Positions 1 to 11,084 of a DNA stretch of 64,000 nucleotides are shown here, in pieces. The translations under genes and the position numbers were made by a program. The DNA lies in contig NC_042999.1 in the NCBI RefSeq assembly GCF_006345805.1, forward strand, positions 7,068,001 through 7,132,000, written 5' to 3'. The DNA comes from Octopus sinensis. Lineage: Eukaryota. Within the stretch, counting starts at the first letter, position 1. Each line of letters opens with the position of its first letter. The notes under the pieces were generated by a model that was given only the letters and a program-made list of their open reading frames with translations, was not told the DNA's origin and ran no database searches.

Positions 1-204
1 CATTATATGACATGCCTATGGGTACACACATACATACACACACACACACACACACGGACACACATACACATTCTCACATAGACATACGCACACACACTTT
101 CACATACACACTTACACACACAAACACGCACACGCACGCAGACGCACACACACACAAACACAGAGTAAATTTCCACTCCGTGCAATCTTTTATCTCCTAT
201 TTTT

Positions 205-400
205 TACTTGTTTCAGTGATTAGACTGCGGTCATACTGCAGCACCGTCAGTGGAGAATTTTCAGTCGAATGACTCAACCCCAGTATTTAAATTTTTTTTT
301 AAAGCCTGGTACTTCTTTTATCAATGTTTTTTTGCCGAACCGCTAAGGTGACGGAGACGGAAACAAACAGACATCGGTTGCCGAGTGGTGTTGAGGACAC
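205..400 (-). mobile_element. SINE-A 3' half, degenerate
   Basis: Reverse complement of the SINE-A tail (…gcagt…gactgaaacaagta) and body (accgctaag) seen in full copies such as 28867-29275. Confidence 0.7.
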
Positions 401-526
401 ACGCGCGCGCACACACACGACGCATACACACATGCGCACACACACATGCGCACACACACACATATATATGTATATATATATAAATGAAAGAATGGAGTCG
501 AACGACGATTTAGCACAATTCCTTTA

Positions 527-612
527 TTGTCGACATATGTTTCGAAGACTGCATATTCTTAATTCCGAAGGAATAAAGGGTGCATTATGCCGTTTTCTCA
601 TCAGGAAGACAA
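527..612 (-). ncRNA. Type-I hammerhead ribozyme motif (probable PLE pLTR relic)
   Basis: Minus strand: CUGAUGA (604-598), stem II GAAAAC/GUCUUC (one mismatch), GAAAC-AUAU-GUC with palindromic stem III; stem I weak. The fragment lies between (AT)n runs. Confidence 0.65.
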
Positions 613-645
613 GAAACATATGTCAGCATCATGACGAACAAAAAG

Positions 646-699
<54 letters not shown>

Positions 700-948
700 A
701 CAATTTAATAAATAAAACATATCCATACATACTTACACATAGCTACATACCTACATCTATATGTATATATACATGCATATATGGGTACAGGACACCACAA
801 ATAAACGTAGAACATAACTAGAAACGAAAACATAAAAACAAAACAAAGAAACGGACTTTTTTTAACAACGAAAAAACAGAGTACAAGACAAACAACAGAG
901 GGAACATTCCCCTTCTTCTTATTTCTTTCCGCTTCAGTTTATCAGAAA

Positions 949-1439
949 CTAGCAGTATCGCCCGGCGTTGCTCGGGTTTGTAAGGGAAATAACTATATAA
1001 GCATTTTTAAAGAGTTATAGCCAAAAAATAGCAAAAAAATGCATTGAAAATGGAAAAAAAATGATGGTAAATTAAAAAAAAAATCGTTGACTCATCGTAG
1101 ACATTTCTAGAGAGTTACTTCCCTTATATAATAGCGAAGAAATGCATTAAAATGGAAAAAAATTATGGTAAATTCTTTTAAAAATCGTAGACTCATCGTA
1201 GACATTTTTAGAGAGTTACTTCCCTTAAATAATAGCGAAAAAATGCATTAAAATGGAAAAAAATGATGGTAATTTTTTTTTTAAATCGTAGACGAGCGCT
1301 AATACCCAGAAGGGCTCGATATGAATCACGACTATGAGATACCCGGTTTTGGTTAAACTGCACCGCAAAATGTGGGAGTAGTTAGGAATCTAAATCGTCG
1401 GAGACAGACAGCACACAACCTCACTTTTATATATAAAGA
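949..1439 (-). mobile_element. Non-autonomous Helitron
   Basis: Minus strand starts TC, ends with hairpin cccgagcaacgccggg then CTAG, inserted between A and T; internal ~100-bp tandem units at about 1035-1290. Confidence 0.8.
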
Positions 1440-1572
1440 TATATATTAACACCCCTCTGTTTAGAAAGTCCATCTATCCTCATTTATCAACAGTGATAAA
1501 TAAATCAGCGATAAATGAATCATATTTGTGCACATTGTAAATGGAACAAATAGTAGATTCAGTCGCACAAAT

Positions 1573-1984
1573 GGCGAGCTGGCAGAATCGTTAGCACGCC
1601 GGGCGGAATGCGTAGCCGTATTTCGTCTGCCGCTACGTTCTGAGTTCAAATTCTGCCGAGGTCGACTTTCCCTTTAATCCTTTCGGGGTCGATAAATTAA
1701 GTACCAGTTACACACTGGGGTCGATATAATCGGCTTAAACCGTTTGCCTGTCCTTGTTTGTCATCTCTGTGTTTAGCCCCTTGTGGGTAGTAAAGAAATA
1801 GGTATTTCGTCTGCCTCTACGTTGTGAGTTCAAATTCCGCCGAGGTCGACTTTGCCTTTCATCCTTTCGGGGTCGATAAATTAAGTACCAGTTACGCACT
1901 GGGTTCGATATAATCGACTTAATCCGTCTATCTGTCCTTGTTTGTCCCCTCTATGTTTAGCCCCTTGTGGGTAGTAAAGAAATA
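1573..1984 (+). mobile_element. SINE-B dimer (one head, two bodies)
   Basis: tRNA-like head ggcgagctggcagaatcgttagc with B-box gagttcaaattc; second unit begins ggtatttcg at 1801. Confidence 0.85.
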
Positions 1985-2528
1985 GGTGTTTATAATGTAT
2001 TAATATTTCTCTGCGCACCTTTATCTGATCAACATTTTAAAATCTGCCAGTCAGTCATCTTTCAACCAAATCTTCTTGTTAAAATAACCCCCCCCCCGCC
2101 ATATATTTTTATATACGATACGAGAACATTTCAAAATCAAGATAAATTTGGCATTGAGCGAAGTTCTTAATTGTAAAATTCAGTTTTCCTGGGGCTCATT
2201 ATAAATTCACCAGCATTTTGATGGTTTGTTCGATTACGTCAATTATGACGTTACGCCGATCCAGAGCAATTATCATTCTACCCAAATATAACGAACCTTC
2301 TTCTGATAAAATATTCTTATCTGAAATGAAGAATGTTTTATGCAAACGGAAAATTCACAACCCGTTAAATTGGAATTTAATTCCAGAAAATCTTTCTCCA
2401 ATAATTGAATAATTTCAACGTTTCTTTAAGGAAACTCACTGAATGATATTGCATAACATTGATATTGTTTAAAAATGTTATCCGTTAATACAATATGTCA
2501 TAAAATTCTGTCTAAGGTTTTAAATGTA

Positions 2529-2678
2529 GTGGCGCAAAGGTGGCTGTGTGGTAAGAAGCTTGCTTCCCTTCTACAAGGTCTGGGTTCAGTTCCACTGTGT
2601 GTCAACCTTGGGCAAGACTCTTCTACTATAGCCTCAGGTTGGTCAATGCCTTATGAGTGGATTTCGTAGATAGAAACA
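2529..2678 (+). mobile_element. SINE-A head fragment
   Basis: gtggctgtgtggtaag…gggttcagttccact, truncated. Confidence 0.75.
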
Positions 2679-2699
2679 TATAATTTACATATATGTATA

Positions 2700-2864
2700 G
2701 GCGTAGGAGTGGCTGTGTGGTAAGCAGCTCGCTTACGTACCACATGGTTCCGGGTTCAGTTCCACTGCGTGGCACTTTGCGCAAGTGTCTTCTACTATAG
2801 CCTCGGGCCGACTAAAGCCTTGTGAGTGGATTTGGTAGATGGAAACTGAAAGAAGCCCGTCGTA

Positions 2865-2895
<31 letters not shown>

Positions 2896-3126
2896 AGACA
2901 TACAGATATATAGATATAGATATGTATGTATTTGTATATGTTTATGTGTCTGTGTTTGTCCCCCCAACATCACTTGACAACCGATGCTGGTGTGTTTACG
3001 TCCCCGTAACTTAGCGGCTCGGCACAAGAGACTAGGCTTACAAAGAATACGTCCTGGGGTCGATTTGCTTGACTAAACGTAGTGCTCCAGCATGGCCATA
3101 GTCAAATGACTGAAAGAAGTAAAAGA

Positions 3127-3128
<2 letters not shown>
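2700..3128 (+). mobile_element. SINE-A full length
   Basis: ggcgtaggagtggctgtgtggtaag head, internal (AT)/(GT) tract, tail gtgctccagcatggcc…gactgaaa…gtaaaagag. Confidence 0.9.
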
Positions 3129-3200
<72 letters not shown>

Positions 3201-3311
3201 ATGTAAGCCGTCTAAGAATACATAAGTCTGGGGAAAATGCACTCGTATAGCGGTCATTAGAGTGGGTCTATTAATCGATGTGTTCAATATTATGTATCCA
3301 TTAAGGGCGAT

Positions 3312-3373
3312 CTTTACAATCGGTTTCGCACTAAGGTAAAAATGCGATTATATAGCCCGGCACTCTTCAGTGA
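3312..3373 (-). ncRNA. Hammerhead relic (core intact, stem I unpaired)
   Basis: Minus strand: CUGAAGA-GUGC…GUGC-GAAAC-CGAUU-GUA. Confidence 0.4.
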
Positions 3374-3753
3374 TGGCAGTTATGGAATGGAATATGGCGA
3401 CTGCTCTCTATTGTTGGAAGAGAACAGACACACCCGGTTTCTGGTTGCTGTGAAATAAGACGATGAAACGAACCGAACAAGGGTTAAGTTAAGGTGTGTG
3501 TCCATGGTAACCAAAAACCCATCTCAGCTGGGAAAAGTGTGTATCTTTAAGGTTGCTGTTCTTGTAGAAATGGAATGTGTGTAGTGGTATTATGTGTCTA
3601 ACCTTTTGTCCCACCCCCTGCAAACACTATACGTATAATACAAGTATATGCGTATATAGTGCTGTACACATCGATTAATATGTGTTGTGTGTATACACAC
3701 ACACACACATATCTATCTATATATATATATACACACACACACGCGCGTGCATT

Positions 3754-3816
<63 letters not shown>

Positions 3817-4149
3817 TATACCAAATATATACGTTTTATTTATTATTTTGCAATTTACTTAATCATCGATATATTATTATTATTTGATATTTAATCTTTC
3901 TATTATATGTAATTTTCTAGATGGTGTAATTTAATCGTTCATTTTGAATTGATAAAAGTTGTTTTTTTCTAATTTATATATATATTATATTTTGTGAAAT
4001 TTGATTTAGTATTAGCTTTCATCTAAAACTACAACAGCCATTAAAATGTATAATTTTTAAAGTCAACCGCCTTTACCTTCCCTTTTCAAGAATTATATCG
4101 AGTGCAGTCAATTTAAATTTTCCCTGTAAGTTAGGAATAATATTCCCTC

Positions 4150-4151
4150 AA

Positions 4152-4204
<53 letters not shown>

Positions 4205-4245
4205 CATCATCATCATCATTATTATCATCATTATTATTATCATTA
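4150..4245. repeat. (TTA)n/(TCA)n trinucleotide tract
   Basis: Direct reading. Confidence 0.95.
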
Positions 4246-4264
4246 TGTATGTATATATATATAT

Positions 4265-4329
<65 letters not shown>

Positions 4330-4337
4330 ATATATGT

Positions 4338-4368
<31 letters not shown>

Positions 4369-4384
4369 ATATGAATGTAAATAT

Positions 4385-4595
4385 GTGTGCCTGTGTTTGT
4401 CCTCTACCACCGCTTGACAGCCAGTCTTAGTCTCTTTATGTCCCCATAAATTAACAGTTCAACAAAAAAGACCGATGAAATAAGTACCACGTTTAAAAAA
4501 AAACATAAAAGTGCTGGGGCCGATTCATTCGACTAAAAATTCTTCAAAGTGATGTTCCAGCATGGCCGAAATCCGATAACCGAAACAAACAAAAG
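4385..4595 (+). mobile_element. SINE-A 3' half, diverged
   Basis: gtgtttgtcc…gaaataagtac…ccagcatggcc…gaaacaa. Confidence 0.7.
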
Positions 4596-5547
4596 ATGAG
4601 TCGTAGAAATATCCATAGACATGAAAACGGAGAGCTTAGATGTACCTTCATATTGTTTATTCCAGGAGCTGAGAATCTTAGAATCATGGATTTACTTAGC
4701 TTTCATCTACAAATACAACAGCCATTAAAATGTATAATTTTTAAAGTCACTCGACTTTACCTTCCCTTTTCAAGAATTATATCGAGTGCAATCAACCAAG
4801 GTAGCTTTCGTTAGTTTGAAAACTACAATATGAATTTCGGGAAGACGATATCCATTAGACGTATATCTAGTTATTGTATCTAGTTACTGTTAATGGATAC
4901 ACTATTCAGGAAAGATTTCAGTTTAGAAGAGATTTGAGCAAAATTAAATCGTATAAATATTTTAATGTAGTGTCCTGCCGTTTCTTTCAAAACACTGTTC
5001 TACAAAAGTTATTGAACATTATTGAGTAAAGTAGTTTCTATATGGTATCCGTTGAACTAAATTCTAACATTTATGTATTGCGTCTAACCCCAAAATAAAT
5101 TATGAATATGTTAAAAATGTTTACGGTATATTCTGAGATTGCCCCTTAAGTTGTTTATAATACTTGGAACGTATTTCACTAACTCGATTATATAAGAAAG
5201 GAAATCAAAGGAAATAATATTAAAATGATCATTTTACTATAGAATAGTCTTTGATATCTTTCTAAATTGAGAAATAATCTAAGCACTTTCTTGTGTGTGA
5301 ACAGAAGACCAGAAAATTTTCAATCTATTTCCACGACGCGTTTCCTAATTAGATTTCTGAAATGTTCTCCTGTTTACTACAAGAAAGGAATAAAATCTCT
5401 ACAGAAATCTCGTGCGTATTCCTGATTGGCTTCTTGGAAATTATTTCTGATCATATGCTAGAAATTAATCATTTATCACCATTGCATTCTCTCTGTCTCC
5501 GCTTTCCTTTACACACAATATTGAGTAAAAACCACCCCGCTTTGTCC

Positions 5548-6000
5548 CGGCACACTCAGCCGCACCTGGTGGACATGACTGCAAAGGCGTTGCCGCGGAG
5601 AATGACCAGCGACACTCGCTGCAGTACTCACCCCCACATCGCAGGGCCCATTTCCCAGGCGGGCGGTAGTTATCCTGATTTTGTGGAAGAAATCAGCAGT
5701 GCGGGCATCGAGAACACCTGAGGTCTCGTCACAAACCGAGATCGACCGGTCGGGCTCTTGTATTTCTTTATCTTTCTCTCCTCTGTGTTACGGGCAACTA
5801 TATCTGAGTTTGCGACAAGAAAGCGTGTCACAACACGTCGTGTCCTAGATTAGGGATCTGTCTCCCTCTTATAGGAAGATGGTTCTTCCTTCGGAGCGCT
5901 TACCATCCCCTCGGTCAAGACCTACTGCGAGTGTTGCTGGCCGTTCTCTGCAACAACGCCTTTGTTATAATGTCCGCGAAGTGTTGCTAAACACTCCGTT
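5548..6000. mobile_element. GC-rich element with diverged ~75-bp inverted termini (MITE-like)
   Basis: gcaaaggcgttgccgcggagaatgaccagcgacactcgc versus gcgagtgttgctggccgttctctgcaacaacgcctttgt (imperfect reverse complement). Confidence 0.45.
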
Positions 6001-6310
6001 TATTTTGGCGTGTACAACTCATTACACCTTCCCCACCGCGCATCTTCTACTTTAATACCACCTTTGTTTCCTTCCTCAAACGAAACCCTATATTAACGGG
6101 TCAAAAATATATTCAATAGGTTATCTTGAAAAACTATATTCCTTAAAGAACTTGAGAGCCTCCGACGACTACGGAAATTTCAGGAACGAGATTTTTTCTT
6201 TATGTCTGCATTCTAAGAAATACATTTTGGTGGAATTTAGAAATAGTCCTCCGGACACATCGTAAGCCATCATCTTCTTTACACCTTTTTGACATTTGTA
6301 TATTGTAACA

Positions 6311-6733
6311 TTACTCTTTTACTCTTTACTCTTTACTCTTTTACTTGTTTCAGTCATTTGACTGCGGCCATGCTGGAGCACCGCCTTTAATCGAGCAACT
6401 CGACCCCGGGACTTATTCTTTTGTAAGTCCAGTACTTATTCTATCGGTCACTTTTGCCGAACCGCTAGGTAACGGGGGACATAAATACACCAGCATCGGT
6501 TGTCAAGCAATGCTAGGGGGACAAACACAGACACACAAACACATACACGCATATATATATATATACATATATACGACGGGATTCTTTCAGTTTCCGTCTA
6601 CAAAATCCACTCACAAGGCTTTGGTCGGCCTGGGGCTATAGTAGAAGACACTTGCCCAAGGTGCCATGGAGTGGGACTGAACCGGGAACCATGTGGTTGG
6701 AAAACAAGCTACTTGCCACACAGCCACTCCTGC
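6311..6733 (-). mobile_element. SINE-A full length
   Basis: Reverse complement of head and tail, with (aaagagt)n end. Confidence 0.9.
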
Positions 6734-6951
6734 GGTAATGTATTCTCAACTTTTTTCTTTTTTCTTTGTCTTCTTCTATATCAGCGATCTTTCTGTAAAT
6801 CTCATTTAAAATACAAACAATTCACAAACAACAATTTTGATCTCAGCGTGAAATACGGCGGAATAAGTTAACGTTTCGACCCGGAATGCCTCTATTTACC
6901 TGAATGTCATAAAATATGTGGTTTTTATTATAATATTAAATACACATATAC

Positions 6952-7600
6952 AGTGATACCTCGACTATCGCGAGTGTTATGTTCCAAAATCCTCCGCGAT
7001 TGGTGAAAACCCGCAGCAAAGTAGAAGCAGTACTGTATTTTTTTATTATTATTTTCATAATTTATATATATTTATTTTATCATAAATGCCAACCCCCCCC
7101 CCACTCGCCTCCCGAGTTTCGTTTTCCATAAAGTTTGAGCAATTCTTTGTTTATTCATCTACGGTACTCTACGTATTTGAGGCGGCGAGCTGGCAGAAAC
7201 GTTAGCGTGCCGGGCTAAATGCTTAGCGGTATTTCGGCTGGCGCAACGTTGTGAGTTCAAATTCCGCTGAGGTCGACTTTGCCTTTCATCCTTTCGGGTT
7301 CGATAAATTAAGTACCAGTTACGCACTGGGGTCGATGTAATCGACTTAATACCTATGTCTGTCCTTGTTTGTCTCCTCTGTGTTTAGCCCCTTGTGGGTA
7401 ATAAAGAAATAGGTACTCTACGTATTTTCTTTTAATATATTTGAATTAATGTGTTATACAATGCAGTACTCTACTGTATATTTTGTTTTTTATTAATTTA
7501 TTAACTTTTAGGCATTAAAATGCCTATTTTACCAAAGAAACAATTAAAATCTAAAAAAGAATATAAATAATTATCAGCCGCAGAAACACGCGATATACTG
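6952..7600 (+). mobile_element. Tigger/pogo-like MITE remnant interrupted by SINE-B
   Basis: TA-cagtgatacctcgactatcgcg left end; only a degenerate right end (cgcgatat…actg) near 7590. Confidence 0.4.
7179..7411 (+). mobile_element. SINE-B monomer with 16-bp TSD
   Basis: TSD ggtactctacgtattt at 7163-7178 and 7412-7427. Confidence 0.92.
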
Positions 7601-7795
7601 ATGAATCAGCGGTTCACCGAACGTGATCGATAAAATGACTTAGCGGTTCGCCAAACGAAATCGATAAATTGACCTAGCGGTTAGCTAAACAAGATGACGT
7701 AGCGTTTTGACAAACGAGATCGATAAAAAGATCTAGCGGTTCACTAAAGGATTTCGATAAAATGACTTGCCCAAAGATGATCGATAAAATGATCG

Positions 7796-7797
<2 letters not shown>
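7600..7797 (+). repeat. Diverged ~39-bp minisatellite
   Basis: Repeated tagcggtt…aacg…atcgataaaatgac units. Confidence 0.75.
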
Positions 7798-7826
<29 letters not shown>

Positions 7827-8065
7827 TAAGGGTAGAAATTGATATTTATCAATTAAGACCAGTGGTCTAGCATATTAAAAAAAGAATCCGAAGATTAAAA
7901 TATTTATATATACCAATTAAGGACTGAACACGAAAAGTGGACAGTCAACATGCTAGATATAGACGTCAAATCGCCATTCACCACAAAAGATTATGTTCTC
8001 AGATCAAACTCAACACAAAACCATAGCAATAAACAAGTGAAAAATATACGAAATAAAATAATTAC

Positions 8066-8129
8066 CCATGTACTAATTAGTTTCAGCTGTTATTTTCCGC
8101 AAGGAAAACTGCAGCCATCATCAGCATGG
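8066..8129 (-). ncRNA. Type-I hammerhead ribozyme (mirror copy)
   Basis: Exact reverse complement of 8545-8608. Confidence 0.8.
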
Positions 8130-8544
8130 TCCGTTATAAATGTAATTTGCTGGACTAGATGCAAACACGATACCGAAATATCGCGTGCATGGAGTTCAGC
8201 CTATTACATTTGAATATATCTTTCAAATGCCTTTACTTTGGCGCGTTGAAACCCGAGAAAACTAGCCTGCAGCTAATAATTAGCAGCAGTTAAGTTATCG
8301 GTTAGAGAACATATTTATTTATATAAAATTAATTAAGGGTAGAAATTTTATATAAATAAATATGTTCTCTAACCGATAAATTAACTGCTGCTAATTATTA
8401 GCTGCAGGCTAGTTTTCTCGGGTTTCAACGCGCCAAAGTAAAGGCATTTGAAAGATATATTCAAATGTAATAGGCTGAACTCCATGCACGCGATATTTCG
8501 GTATCGTGTTTGCATCTAGTCCAGCAAATTACATTTATAACGGA

Positions 8545-8608
8545 CCATGCTGATGATGGCTGCAGTTTTCCTTGCGGAAAATAACAGCTGAAACTAATTA
8601 GTACATGG
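8545..8608 (+). ncRNA. Type-I hammerhead ribozyme
   Basis: Stem I CCAUG/CAUGG; CUGAUGA; extra U; stem II GGCUG/CAGCU with inner hairpin; GAAAC-UAAUUA-GUA with palindromic stem III. Confidence 0.85.
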
Positions 8609-8758
8609 GTAATTATTTTATTTCGTATATTTTCACTTGTTTATTGCTATGGTTTTGTGTTGAGTTTGATCTGAGAACATAATCTTTTGTGGTGAATGGC
8701 GATTTGACGTCTATATCTAGCATGTTGACTGTCCACTTTTCGTGTTCAGTCCTTAATT

Positions 8759-8812
<54 letters not shown>

Positions 8813-8817
8813 TATGC

Positions 8818-8968
8818 GCATGTGTGTGTCTCTTTCCCACCGCCGCTTGACAACCGGTGTCTTTCCATCCCTATAATTTAACTTAGCGGCTCGGTCTAAA
8901 AGTGAACGATGGAATAAATACCAGGCTTTCAAATAATTTTTTTAAAATAACGTAATTCCTGGGGTCGA
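8818..8968 (+). mobile_element. SINE-A partial 3' body
   Basis: cgcttgacaaccgg…acttagcggctcgg…cctggggtcgat. Confidence 0.65.
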
Positions 8969-8989
8969 TAATGAGTGAAAAAAGATAAA

Positions 8990-9925
8990 TACTACCTCCC
9001 ACCATTGATGAGGCATCTGTCCGTCAAGTTGAGGCTGCCATTTTGGAAGATCGACGCATAATTATTCGCCAAATAGCCCATGAGGTCAAGATTAGTACCG
9101 GGTCTGTGGAAACTATCATTCATGACCATTTGTATATGCAAAAGGTGTCTGCCAGATGGATTCCCAGGTTACTCACGCCTTTCCAGAAGCAAGAACGCGT
9201 CGAGTGCTCGAGGGTGAATTTGGAGATGTGCCAAGAAGATGAGTCAAAATTTTTCAAAAGACTGATTACACAGGATGAAACCTGGGTCCATCACTATGAT
9301 CCAGAGACCAAAGCCCAGTCAATGCAGTGGAAGCACCGTGACCCACCTCCTCCAAAGAAGGCAAGAGTGCAGCCCTCCGCTGACATGGTCATGCTCACAG
9401 TCTTCTGGGACCAGGACGGAGTAGTGATGACAGAATTCCTGGCAAAGGGTACCACAATTACAGGAGCCTATTATGCTTCACTTTTGAGGAAATTAAGAGA
9501 AGCTATCAAAATCAAGAGGCGGGGCAAGATCAGCGAAGGCATCCTCCTACAGGACAACGCTCCCGTCCACAACTCGCTTGTCGCCAGATCAGAAGCACAG
9601 GCGTGCGGCTATGATCTCCTCCCCCATCCCCCCATCTCTCCTGACCTTGCACCCTCTGACTTTCACCTCTTCCTAGCCATGAAGTTGTTTTTGAAAGGAA
9701 TGCGTTTGCCAGATGATGCAGCCTTGATTTCTGAAGTCACGTCATGGTTGGATGACCAAGCTGGGGTCTTCTACAAAAACGCTCTCCAGAGCTGCATCAA
9801 ACGATGGAAGAAATGCGTAACTCTGGGTGGTTCCTATGTGGAAAAAGACTAATAACTGTGCCAAGTTTCGTTGCTCTACTGCTATGGGAAGTGGGTCAGG
9901 GGCATTACTTATTGAACGCCCCTCG
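8990..9925 (+). mobile_element. mariner (Tc1/mariner) element, 5'-truncated
   Basis: Transposase remnant plus right TIR ggcattacttattgaacgcccctcg followed by TA; no left TIR found. Confidence 0.9.
9043..9852 (+). pseudogene. mariner DD34D transposase, N-terminally truncated
   Basis: WIPRLL, TQDETW, LQDNAP, ISPDLAPSD motifs; 34 residues between D2 and D3; frame open to the stop. Confidence 0.92.
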
Positions 9926-9935
9926 TATATATATG

Positions 9936-9968
<33 letters not shown>

Positions 9969-9974
9969 GTGTGT

Positions 9975-10170
9975 GTGTGTGTGTGTGTTTGTCACCCCAA
10001 CATCGCTTGACAACAGATGCTGGCGTGCTTACGTTCCCGTAACTTAGCAAGAGAGACCGGTAGGATAAGTACTTGGCTTACAAAGAATAGGTCCTGGGGT
10101 CGATTTTTACGACTGAAGGCGGTGCTGAAGCATGGCCGCAGTCAAATCACTGAAACAAACAAAAGAATAA
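9975..10170 (+). mobile_element. SINE-A 3' half
   Basis: Body and tail ggcggtgctgaagcatggccgcagtcaaatcactgaaac. Confidence 0.8.
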
Positions 10171-10658
10171 AAGAAAAAAGCAGAAATGGTGGATGGTAAT
10201 GGTGATTACGGGTCTGTTGAAGGATTTTTTTATGTAAACTGGATCGGGGGAAGCAAGGGAAAGGTTTGAAGAAACGTAAGACGCGAGGTAAAAAAAAATG
10301 AGGATAACAAAGCAAAAACAGTGAATAAAGGACAAAAACTGCACAAAGAAAGAAACAAGCAACGTTTGCAAAGTCGTCGATTTCAATCAAATCGCAAACG
10401 CCTGTTGGATATTTGTGAAAGAAATGAAAGAAATAGTAACATATGACCAAATGCTAAAGAAAGCAAGTTTCTTTCTGTGAAGAAAATAGAATTGGGGAAG
10501 ACGCCAATCAATAATAAAGTGAGGTGGAAAATGTTGAGGCGCAGAAAATGTGAAGGAAAATATATGTTCGAAAGTAATCGAAAAGTAAGAAGATATAACC
10601 TGTTGGAACAGATTTTACCCATAGCTATTAGTTAAAAGAATGATTCAACTGCAGGGAT

Positions 10659-11050
10659 ATCTATTTCTTTACTACCCACAAGGAACTAAACACAGAGATG
10701 ACAAACAAGGACAGACAAACGGTTTAAGTCGATTATATCGACCCCAGTGCGTAACTGGCACTGAATTTATCGACCCCGAAAGGATGAAAGGCAAAGTCGA
10801 CCTCGGCGGAATTTGAACTCAGAACGTAACGGCAGACGAAATACCTATTTCTTTACTACCCACAAGTTGCAGGGATATCTATTTCTTTACTACCCACAAG
10901 GGGTCAAACAAGGACAGACAAACGGATTAAGTTGATTACATCGACCCTGAGTGCGTAACTGGTACTTATTTAATCGACCCCGAAAGAATGAAAGGCAACG
11001 GCGGAATTTGAACTCTGAACGTAGCGGCAGACGAAATACCTATTTCTTTC
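10659..11050 (-). mobile_element. SINE-B multimer
   Basis: Repeated ctatttctttactacccaca and gacgaaatacc junctions. Confidence 0.85.
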
Positions 11051-11084
11051 CTACTAACTGCAGGAATATCAAAAGGGATAAGAC

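Larger units (their letters stand above)
7813..8766. mobile_element. Foldback non-coding HHR element (PLE-derived / retrozyme-like)
   Basis: Arms about 7907-8330 and 8344-8766 (one mismatch seen), 13-nt spacer; 28-bp direct repeat at 7813-7840 and 8320-8347; (AT)n on both flanks. Confidence 0.85.

Noticed and set aside
7595-7640. CUGAUGA followed by a hairpin
   Set aside because: GAUA replaces GAAA and there is no stem III/I; it is part of the minisatellite edge.
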